Assembly: GCF_030144855.1 (NCBI RefSeq)
Contig: NC_082706.1
Coordinates: forward strand, 40,300,001-40,364,000
Direction of reading: 5' to 3'
Length of the DNA stretch: 64,000 nucleotides
From: Hypanus sabinus
Lineage: Eukaryota
Of the stretch, positions 53,250 to 64,000 are shown in pieces (the stretch's first letter is position 1; every line of letters begins with the position of its first letter). The notes beneath the pieces are model-generated. The model was not told where the DNA came from and ran no database searches. It was given only the letters and a program-made list of their open reading frames with translations. The position numbers were made by a program, and so were the translations under genes.

Positions 53250-53968
53250 CAGGGGTCGGCAACCATTACCACTGAAAGAGCCATATGGACCCATTTCCCA
53301 CAGAAAAGAAAACACTAGGAGCCACAAAACCCGTTTGACATTTAAAATGAAATAACACTGCATACAACGGTTTTTTTTGCCTTTATGCTATGTATAATTT
53401 ATGAAATTGATGAACTCCTGCAGAGAAAACAAAATTACATTTCTGCATGCAACAAAAACATTTTGAACTCTGAAAAAAAGATGTTGGGTTGAAGTTTACT
53501 CCATAGTTAGCCTACCTTCGATCGAAAAATTAAAAGAAATCGCGCACTGGCGGGTGTCAGGGATTGGCAGTGGTAACGTATATTAATAGCGATAAAAAAC
53601 ACGTTGTGGCGGTGTGCTACCCGCAGCGCTAAGATAACGGCACTGCAGTCAAAGATAACTTTATTCGAACTAAACAGCCTTGCTTTAAAGCCTCCCTCAA
53701 CCCACCCCCCGTGGGCGCGGATGCTCCAAAAGACACGTACTCACAAACCCCCGTAGGCTATCTCCCTTAGCCGGAACGGTGGCTAATTGTGAGCTGGTTC
53801 GGATGTGGCAGGAAATGGGGTTGCCTCAACGTTTTATTTAGATTGTACAAGATCATCATAATCTTCAAATTTCGAATTACATTTCAAAAACTAACAAACC
53901 ACGTGGAGCTGCGGCATAGAGATGAAAGAGTCGCATGCGGCTCCGGAGCCTCAGGTTGCCGTCCCCTG
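53250..53968. mobile_element. hAT MITE with a perfect 8-bp TSD
   Basis: TIRs CAGGGGTCGGCAACC and GGTTGCCGTCCCCTG; TSD ATCTATAC at 53242-53249 and 53969-53976. Confidence 0.95.
53605..53828 (-). mobile_element. Gypsy-like solo LTR nested in the hAT MITE
   Basis: TG...CA ends; 4-bp TSD ACGT at 53601-53604 and 53829-53832; minus-strand TTTAAA and AATAAA. Confidence 0.75.
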
Positions 53969-56900
53969 ATCTATACCTTTTGACGTTAATTTCCCATCAC
54001 TGATAGAAAACTCAAAGGCCTATAACTTCTCAGTTTGTCTTTCTTAAACAAAGGAACAATGTGTTCAGTTTTCTTGAACTTCATCTGATACAAAGATCTC
54101 TATTAGGGCCAAAGCGATCTCCTCTCTATCCTCTCTATATCATAGCATAGATACTATCAGAACCTGGATATTGTTCATCTTTGTGTTCTTCCAAAGACCC
54201 AAAACCCCCTCCTTCTATGGAAAAATGTGAAAGCAACAAGGTTGATGCAGTGGGTGCCTTTAATTTCTCCAGTGCTGACTCGACTTGCTTTGTGCAGAGA
54301 CTTAGAGCAACAGGATTTGTTAGGTGCATTCAGGATGTCTTTACAGAGGACTGACATCCTGAATGCCAACACGGATTACATCAACATGCTCCAAAATATC
54401 AGCACACTCCTTGGTCTAATTCTCCTATATTATTTTCCTTAGTGAATACTGATTCATGGCATTCATTTAATAATTTGCCCACCTCTTCTGGCTCCAGGCA
54501 TAAATTGTTGAGTGGCTGTACACCCTTGCTAGCTGACATCTTATGTTAAATGTACTGTATATGTAAAATTGTTCGAAATTTTCCTTAAACCAACTTGCCA
54601 AGAACATTTCATAGCACCTTCTAATCATCCCGAGTCTCTGCTCGAGTCCTTTCTTGCTTTCTTACAATTTCAAGGGCACTCTCTGATTTCAATTTCCTAA
54701 ACCTTATCTTTTTTTTGCTAGGTTTACAACATTTCTCAAAATCCAACTTCCCAAACTCACCATTGTTCTTAATTTCACATAGGAACATGTTGGTCCTGAT
54801 TTTTGACTAATTGATCATTAAATGACTCCTGTATCTCTGGTGTGGACTTGCCCAATAACTGCTCTTCCCAATCTGTTCTCCCAAGCCCCTGCCTAATCCA
54901 GTTATACTTAGACTTTCCACAATTTAGCATGTTTCCAATGAGCCTGAGTCTTATGCTTGTCTGCAACTATCTGAAATCTTGTGGAGTTGTGATCATTATT
55001 CCCAAAGTGCTATCCCACTGACATTGATCACCTGGGCAGGCTCATTTCCTGATACAAGGTGTAATATGGGTCTTTCCCTGGTTGAACTATTGACATACTC
55101 TGTAATCTGTGCTGGCATCCAGTATGTCAATACTGACATCCTGGAAGCACCTAACAAATCCTATTCCTCCAAATCTCTCGCACTAATGAAGTTCCAATCA
55201 AAACTGCATCAACCCTGTTGCTTTCATATTTTTGTATCGTCTGTCAACACATCTGTTCCTGTGTTCCACTGGCTACTGGGAATCTTTGAGAGTAACCCCA
55301 TCATAGTGGGAAGTTTGCAGAGTAACCTCATACTAGTGATTACACTTTTCTTCTTCCTGTGCTCTCCCCATATTTTTCCATTGGATGATGTCCACTATGT
55401 CTTCTCCAAATGTTGTCTTGGCATTCTCCCTAAAATTGCCCAACTCTTTCAGATTCCTCACTACCACACTGGAAACTTCTAAAACTTGGAATGTTTTGCT
55501 ACCACTCTCGCACTTCCCTCAACTAAGTTTCTGTAATAGTCACAAAATTATGCATTAATGCACAATCCAGACTCTGAATCCATCTGCCTTATCCATTATA
55601 TCTCCTTGCATTGAAATAGATATACTCCAGTCCATCAGTCTCACTCTGTTCATTATCTTGAGTCTGCTTGTCCTTCCTATCAGACTTGCATGACCCAACC
55701 TCCATCATCTCCTCAGTCCCTCTCCTTGCTGACCTGGTGCATATTTATAAAGTAGATGTGTACAGTTACAAAACCTCCAGCTTCAAGGCTAGGGATCAAA
55801 TGCTAGCAGGTGGGATGAAACTGGAAAGCCATTTTTCAATTATCATGGACCCAATGCATCAAATCCATTATGCTATCAATTTGATGAAAAAAATCCATAT
55901 TCCATTTCAGTTTCAACTTATTAATCAAAATATCTTTTAATTAATAATAACAATAATCAATTTTTAAGCACAAAGAAACAAGGAATATGCATTTAATTCC
56001 AAGGGTACATTGTTAGAGGAAGCCTTAAGCAAGTTAAGATATTGTCTCATTAGCACCATCTTGCAGATAAATAGGGATGATCTTTTGAGTCTGAAGTGGA
56101 CTATGTAAATGGAAAGGAAGTCACTGATAGGAGCTAAGAATTATTTTTGTCTCTTTGTGATGTCTAGTCAATATTTTATGCCTAGGTGATACATCTGGCC
56201 CCATCTGTTGCCCTCTTCATGTCTCCCTCTGAACAGTTGTTTTAGAAGTATAGGAGGAGATCTCATTAAAAATTGCCAAATTCTTAAAGAGCATGATTAG
56301 GCTAGACTCAGAGAAGATATTGCCCCTGATTGAAGAGTCTTGGACCAAAAGGCACAGTTTGAGAGTAAGGGATGGGCTGTTCAAGCTTTAAGTGGAGAAA
56401 GATTTCTACCTTGAAGTGATGTAGAAACTGAATTGTGATTATTCAAATTGTGTTGACATTAGATGTTAAATTTTGTAAATGTTAGATGATCGTGGGATAT
56501 GGTTCTTGAGGTGGAAGATCAGCCATGCGATCAGCAGACTTAAAGGACTGTATCACCTGCTCCTACAGAAAGAAAAGGATAATACAAGAGGATGTTGGTT
56601 ACTCTGCTAGAACTGTGGTGTAGTTCTCTGCAAGAACTGGCTCATAGATAGCATCTCATGAATTAAGATGTTACAAGTAGCAGAACAACAGCTGGTGTGA
56701 TAAGCTGTCTTTCAATGTTGAACAAATAAAACTGCAGGTGGCGGAATCTGAAATACAAACAGAAAATGCTGGAAGAACACCAACTAGTCAAGCAGCTCCT
56801 GTGTAAAGTGGAAGTGTCCCTGACCCAAAAACAACTAATTTCTCATTCCACAGATACTGTTTAACTGGCTGAGTTCTTGCAACATTTTCTGTTTTTGTTT

Positions 56901-57924
56901 TAGTGTCTTTGTTAAGAAGATGAATGTTACTTTGTGAAACTAAGGACAATTTTATTTTTCTTCAAACTATAACTATGGAATACTCATGTCATCTTTGGGG
57001 GGAAACAGGACCTCAGTTAATTGTCTCATGCAAAACTAAGTGCATTTGGTGGGTTAGCACATTCTCACAGTGCATTTGGATTAGGGTACTAGAGCAGAGC
57101 CTTGGTCCCTTGACTTTCTGGGTTGGTGCATGGCTGATACCAGGAGGACTTTCCTGAGGGCAAGTAGGATTTATTTCCTGCAAAATTAATGCTATCAAGA
57201 GGGATAATTCATGCAATGACTGAAGCTCCCTATTAAATTTTTTGACTGAGAGAGGAGTGTGAAGCATCAATTCCTTTTAAAGTGGGATTGGGATAAATTT
57301 GTCAGGTTTGCAGGGTTTGCATTTCTTGAGGTAGAGTTTTGTTTGTATGCAGTAGTTGCGTCTTATCCCTCCTCTTTGGGCCTTTCCTGGTATCAGACAG
57401 TGACGTGCCCTCTGTAAGTAATGGGGCTTCTTCCCAGCAGCAGCTGTAATAAAGAAAGCGAGTGTAAGTACTCAGTGAAAAAGTAAAATGCAGGAAATGG
57501 CACCGATCATTCTCAAATTGAAACCCCACATAGTTAGTAATTATATTAATAGTATTCTGTTAGCTTTCCTAACTATTTGCTTCTACTGCATATTAGTCTA
57601 ATGTGGCACATAAGGAACCCAAATTCCCTGTTGTTCAGAACTCTGCAGAACATCATACTTGATTTACAAGGCTTTGCCCACACAGTTGACCTAGTTATAT
57701 ATTTTGTAGCCTCTTCACAATCTACTTTCCAATCTGTCCTGGATTCATGTAAAACTGAAGCCCCAAAACAATCCTACTGACACACCCCTCATTATATCGG
57801 AAAAAAGTCATTTATGTACAGATATATGTGAAACCCAGTACTCTAGTTCTTAGACTTGTTTTTGCATTTTTACTGCTTTACCTCATTATGCCTCAATGCA
57901 GTGAATTGTATGAATAGTATGACC

Positions 57925-60830
57925 ATAAGATATAGGAGCAATAGGCCATTTGGCCCATCGAGTCTGCTCTGCCACTTCATCATGGTGGATCCATTTCCCT
58001 CTAAGCCCCACTTCAGCCTTCTCACCACATCCCTTCATGACCTGATTAATCAAGAATCTATCAACCTTTACTTTAAATATACCAAGTGATTTGTGCCTCC
58101 ACAGTTGCCTGTGGAAACAAATTCCACAGATTCACCACCCTCAAGCTAAATAGACTCCTCCTCATCTCCATTCTGTACGTACATCCCTCTGTTCTGAGGC
58201 TGTGTTCTGTGGTCTTAGATTCACCCACCAAAGAAAACACATTATCCACATCCACTCTATCAAGGCTTTTCAATGTTATTGTTTTCAATGAGATCCTCCC
58301 CCCACACCACCATTCTTCCAAATTCCAGTGAGTACAGGCCCAGAGCCATCAAACACTCCTCTTATGACAAGCCTTTCAATCCCAGAATCATTTTTGTGAA
58401 CCTCCTTTGAGCCCTCTCCAACGTCAGCACATCCTTTCTTAGATAAGGAGCCCAAAACTGCTCACAGTGCTCCAAGTAATACCTCAGCAGTACCTTATAA
58501 AGCCTCAACATTACATGCTTCCTTTTATATTCTAGTCCTTTTGAACTGAATGCTAACATTGCACTTGCCTTCTTCACCACAGACTCAGCCTTCAAATTAA
58601 CCTTTAAGGAATCTTACTCGAGGGCTGTCAAGTCACTTTGCATCTTAGATTTTTAATTTTTCCTCCATTTAGAAAATAATCTACAACTTTATTTCTTTTA
58701 CTGAAGTGCATGACCATATACTTCCCGACTCCGTATTCCATCTGCCACTTCTTTGACTGTTCCCCTGATCTAAAGCTTTCTACAGCCCTGTTTCTTCAAC
58801 ACTAGCTGCACCTCTGCCTATATTCATATTGTCCCAAACTTAGCCACAAAGCCATCAATTCCATCATCCAAATCACTGAGATATAACATAAAAACAAACG
58901 GTCCCAACACACATTCCCATGGAACATCACTAGTTACCAGCAGCCAACCATAAAAGGTTTTCTTTGTGCCCACTTGTTGCCTCCTGCCAGTCAGCCAATG
59001 CTCTATCTATGCAAGTATATTTCCTGTAATACCATGGACTGATGAAAATGATGAACAGTTTGTCCTCCACTTCCTTGCCTCCATGACTACCTCTCCAGCA
59101 TCATTTTCCAGCAGTCCTAAATCTACTCTCACCTCTATTTTACACCTTATATATCTGAAGAAACATTCGGTACCCTCTTTAATATTATTACTTAGCTTAT
59201 ATACAACAATACAGCACAGGAACAGGCCATTCATCCTATAATGTTGTGCCAACCAGCTAAAAAGCAAATCAAAAACACCCAAACACTAATCCCTCCTAGA
59301 TACACAATGTCCATATCCCTCCAACTTTCTTGCATCTATGTGCTTATCCAAATATCTCTGAAAAGACTTCTGCAAATCAACAAGTAAGGCATAATGGTGG
59401 AACTAACTCTAACTTTCCACTAATTTTTGCTCTTTTGTATGCCCTCTCTTTAGCTTTTATGTTGGGTTTGACTTCCAACAATGGCATCATCCTGCCTTTA
59501 TAATATTTCTTCATCTTTGGGATTTATCTATCCTACACTTTCTGAATTGCTCCCAGAAATGCCAGCCTGCTCTGCCGCCATCCTGCTAGTGTCCCCTTCC
59601 AATCAACTTTGGCCAGCTTATCTCTTATGCTTCTGTAATTCCCTTTACTCCACTGTAATACTGACACCTCTACTTTAGCATATTTCTTTCAAATTACAGG
59701 GTAAATTCTGCCATATTACTGTCCCTTAAGGGTTCCTTTAACTTAAGCTCTCTAATCAATTCTGTTTTATTGCAACACACACAATCCACAATAGCTGATC
59801 ACCTGCTGGGCTCAACCACAAGCTGCTTTTAAAAGCTATATGTTGGCTTTCTACAAAATCCCCCTCTTGGGATCCAGCACCAACCTGATTTTCCCCATCT
59901 ACCTGCATTTTGAAATCCCCCTTGCCTACCATAACATTGCCCTTTCGAGATGTCTTTTCTATTGCACATTGTAATTCGTAGCCCATATCTTTCTTACTGT
60001 TTGGAGGTCTGTATATAACTAGGTACTTTTAACCCTTGCAGTTTCTTAGCTGCATCCACAACAATTCTCCTATGTCACCTCTTTCTAAGGCTTTGATTTC
60101 ATTTTTTATCAAAAGGGTGTTTTCCTCCCTGCTTGTCCTTGCGATACAATATGTATCCTTGAATTTCATTCACGATTCAGTGATGCCTGGAACATCATAT
60201 GTGCCAATTTCTAACTGTGTGACAAGTTCATGTACTTTATTCTATAAACTGCATAAATTCCATATAACACCTTCAGTTCTGTATTCATCAGCCATTTCGA
60301 TTTTGTTCCTCTCTTACATTGCTACATCGCAGCTCATCTAGTTGACTGCAATTTTGCCCTAATATTGGTCTATCCTTGCTAGCAGTCTCACACTCTCTCT
60401 GTTTATAAACCAGCTGTTCCATCCTCAGCCCTATCATTCTGGTTCTTACCCACTTTGCCAATTAGTTCATATTCTCCCAAACAGCTCTAGCAAACCATCT
60501 CGCAAGAACATTGGTTCCCCCCACCCCCTTGGGGTCAGGCACAATCCATCACCTTTCTGCAGGTCGTAGTTTCCCCGGAAGAGATACCAATGGTTGATAA
60601 ATCTGAACCCCTTCCCTCTGCGCCAGTTCCTTAGCGATGCATTTCTCTGCCAAATGCTCCTATTCTTTCTGTCACTGGCACATGGTACAGTTAACAATCC
60701 AAAGATTACTAACATGGAGGACCTGCCTTTCAGCTTCTACCCAGCTCTCTAAAATCTCTCTTTCAGGACCTCCTCACTTTTCCTAACCACGTCATTGCTA
60801 CCAATATATACCAAGACTTCTGACTACTCA
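57925..60830 (-). mobile_element. CR1 LINE with ORF1 esterase remnant and ORF2 fragments
   Basis: DRKNRSIWQRNASLRNWRRGKGFRFINHWYLFRG; YKRKHVMLRLYKVL..CEQFWAPYLRKD; FSLRVVNLWN. Confidence 0.9.
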
Positions 60831-60889
60831 GCATTTCCAACATTAGTTTTTGCAACATGTAAGTATAGTAGTTAGGAGTGTCTCAGCAG

Positions 60890-61120
60890 GGCAGGAACAG
60901 CATAGTTGTGTAGTGGTCAGTATAATGCCATTGTAGCGCCAACAACCTTGATTTAATTCTCACTAATGTCTGTAAGGAATTTGTATGTTTTGCCTGTGAC
61001 TATCTGGGATTCCTCAGGGTGATCTGGTTTCTCCACATATTCCAAAGAGGTGCAGGTTAACAAGTTAGTAGCTTAGTAGGTTAGTAACAGGTCACATGGG
61101 TGTAATTTGGGGGGGGGGGT
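60890..61120 (+). mobile_element. Decayed V-SINE-like SINE
   Basis: Same head and core as 33555 and 38984. Confidence 0.6.
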
Positions 61121-62118
61121 TGGCAAATAATCTTCTTTTCACAACACCTTACTAACTTTGCCTGATTAATTTCAGTTAATTGCTTCATACTGTATGTCCT
61201 GAGAGTATATTTTGCAATGGCGTAGAGCGAGTTTCCCATGACAAGTACTAAGTCAACTGATATGATTTTATTATTCTTTGTCTCATTTATATTTGTGATT
61301 AAATGACAGTGGTCTTATACCTAATCTATTCTTGTTACTCTCTCCAGTGGCTGTAGGTATGTAGTCTCAGGACATGGTAGAAATTGATGAGGATACTCTC
61401 AATCCCTGGTTTATGCCCCCTGAGGAATTGATGGAAATGGCCTCATTTTGTTGACCATTTCAGAGAGCACAACAGATAGAAGATTACACAGCATTCCCTT
61501 CAACCTCTACTGGTAACCTACCCCCTCCCCAATTCTTCTGCCAGCATGTCCATTGTCATAAAGATTTCCAGCAAGAATGCCAGTTTCCTCCTCATTCTGA
61601 AGAAGTTATGCCCTCTGAAGTTAATAACTATTAGGGAACACAATCTTAAGATGTCTGGGGGAACGTGTAGGGGGTTGTTAGGTAGGTTTTCTTAGGGAAG
61701 TGTGAATGCTTGGAACGTGATGCAGGTGTGATATTAAGGATATTTAAGAGGCTCTTGGATGAAAGAAAAGTGAAGGGCTATCTGGTAGGGAAGGGTTAGA
61801 TTAAATTTGAATTATATTCAAAGGTCAGCATGGCATCGTGGGCCAAATGGCCTGTATTGTACTGTATTGCCCTATGCCTCTGAATGAAATCAATGGTTCT
61901 GCTTTTTATACATTGGACTTCTTGAATTTAACAAGGTTATGGGAGCACATTTGTATGTAGGTACATCTGACAATAATAAACCAATACCAATCATGGTGAA
62001 GCTACTTCAGAGATAGTAAACTCTGAAAACTTTAAGTACAAAATCTGAAATTCCACGCACTCTTCTTTGTTGTGTCTCCATTGATGTATACACAGTGTTT
62101 GTGACTTTCTAATATTAC

Positions 62119-62226
62119 CTGCACGCAATTTCTTCTTGCTGACTCCTTTAACCTTCTGACAGTTACACTTTTTCCCAATTCCATCTTGGAGTTGCTGCAT
62201 GTTCAATCCAGGGTCAGAGTGAGTGT
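62119..62226 (-). other. Candidate 108-bp exon of an unidentified gene or pseudogene
   Basis: ccatacag|AC..THSDPGLNMQQLQDGIGKKCNCQKVKGVSKKKLRA-G|gtaata; symmetric phase 1. Confidence 0.35.
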
Positions 62227-63270
62227 CTGTATGGAACCAGATTGTTTCCATTAATAAATGATGCAGTGAAGATTGAAATATTGAAGTAGTGAAGGCAGAA
62301 CCTGCCTTGTAGTGGGATACGTACCTGTCGTGTTTCTTCTTCTGTTGGTTTAGCTGTATCTGTACTTTCCATTTCTACGTTTGACTTGTTTATCCAATAC
62401 CTGTTTTAACCTGTCTTTTGTTTACTTGCACCTGGTTTCACTGCTCCCTTGTTGGCCCAATCCCATCCAGCAGCCTGCATTCATTCTGACCATCCTGATT
62501 ATGTGGAGTTTGCATGTTCTCTCTGTGACCTCACGGGTTTCTTTCTGGTTCTTTAGCTTTTTCCGCATATTCAAAAACATGGATTGGTAGACTAACTGGC
62601 TATTAAAAAATTGTCCTAAAGCAGGCCATTCATTCTGACACTTCCATGCTAGCCAAAATTCTTACCTGAGCTCTAACTGCTTGTTCCGTATACCTACTAC
62701 CTTCCGTGTGTAAAACCTTGCCTTCCTTTCCCCTATCATCTTAAACCTATTCCCTCTAGTTTTAGACTTGTCTAAGTGAGAATCTGCCAGAAGTTTGTGG
62801 AAGTGGGAAAATAAAATGTGATTATGGATTGCCATGAAATTGGTGGTCGACATGCGTATTCTCCACATTTATTCAATCCCTGGTTTGACAGTTCTCCTGT
62901 TTGACTTTATTTTGACAGTTTCCATGGGTAACCAGCATCTGCAGATACTGGAGACACAAAAGACTGCAGATGCTGAAATCTGCAACAACAAACTATCTGC
63001 TGGAATCAACTCAGTGGATCAACTGATAAATGAGGGAGAAAAGAAATTGTCAATGTTTTATGTTGGACCCTGCATTAGAAGCCTGATGATCAGTGGTAAT
63101 GCATGTTTTTCTTTTTCACTCAATTTGTTGACATTTGCTTAAACTGCTGAGTTTTTTCCAGCAGATGCATTGGTTTCTCATTCCTCTGCTTTGATTGTCT
63201 CTGGAGTAACTGCTTGCACTTTTCTTTGTCACTGTATCACTGAGTCTGTGATATTAAGTTACAGATTTAC

Positions 63271-63351
63271 CTTTACAGACACAGCTGTTTTCATCATTCC
63301 TGGACTCCTCCTTATTGGTTTCTTTCTTGTTTTCCTCCAGTTCTGTGGCAT
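63271..63351 (-). other. Candidate 81-bp exon of an unidentified gene or pseudogene
   Basis: atatttcag|AT..ATELEENKKETNKEESRNDENSCVCK-G|gtaaat; symmetric phase 1. Confidence 0.35.
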
Positions 63352-64000
63352 CTGAAATATAAGATTAATTTGTAAAAGTTATAAATCTGTTTTTTACAAT
63401 GCTCATATGTCTGTGATGGAGTTGTCAATCTATAAAGTGAGTTGAGGGAGGGGAGGTTGAAAGGGTTTGGTAGAAATGTATCCTTGTGATGTGGAACTAA
63501 GAATTTCCCCAGTCTTCATGGTTTCATTTAGCAATTCTTTGTTCAATTCTAGGAGGGACTTTGGAACCCATTGTCATAAGCTGAGAGATCTCAGAGTGCC
63601 CAGAGTGTCAGGTTTAACCCAGGAAGCTATTGAGTTTGTAGTCCTTTATCTAGAGGATTCTTAGGCCTGTAAGAAAATCACATCAGTTGTTTGAAACTTT
63701 ACCTTTAAGGGTCGTATCTTACTCAAAGTTAATTGGCTTTTTTTGCTCATACATTGTTTGAATGGGCTTCCTCCTTAGTCTTACAAGCTTTTCCTTACCC
63801 TGTTTATAAGCTAATTCCCTTTGATTGTCCTCTGTTTATTGCAGGGTGGAAATTAGCTTGTTGTTTAAAAATCATTTCCTCTGGAACTGCTGCTATTTGT
63901 TGCAAACCAATGTGGTTTTGGTTTTCACCTGCCACTGATTCAGGTTTGCCTCTTCTATTTTGTCAAAGCTTTTCATTAACTGCCTGACTAAGTCTTCCCT

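Larger units (their letters stand above)
51840..55650 (-). mobile_element. Old CR1 LINE interrupted by MITEs
   Basis: CR1 3' end near 51850-52020; ORF2 remnants such as IRQGLGRTDWEEQLLGKS..QDQHVP. Confidence 0.65.

Overview
AT-rich, repeat-dense vertebrate genomic DNA. The repeat set (CR1/HER1-type, Rex1/Babar, L1, Penelope, V-SINE) suggests a cartilaginous fish, probably a ray; this is inference only. The one gene I can recognise is a minus-strand PRDM9 homologue (about 5960-17771) driven by an intact CpG-island promoter (about 18100-18420). Its start exon, KRAB exon (124 bp), zinc-knuckle/PR-SET exons (272 and 68 bp, and about 191 bp) and the three catalytic tyrosines are intact. Everything else is broken. 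The post-KRAB exon is 1 nt short. The SSXRD exon is a remnant with a frameshift, a dead donor and an adjacent retroposon tail. The last SET exon donor reads AT instead of GT. The zinc-finger exon has two nonsense codons and a minisatellite of 79-bp (not 84-bp) units that all share one 5-bp deletion. The locus is therefore either a PRDM9 pseudogene or a PRDM7-like, finger-less KRAB-SET gene (predicted 263 aa). The rest of the window is nested transposon debris. It includes an env-less ERV-L-like (class III) provirus remnant, a class I ERV pol/env fragment, an L1 with a TSD, hAT and Tc1-mariner MITEs (one carrying a Gypsy-like solo LTR), and decayed Penelope hammerhead motifs. Possible decayed exons of a second, unidentified minus-strand gene lie at the right end. 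TE boundaries are approximate unless a TIR or TSD is cited.
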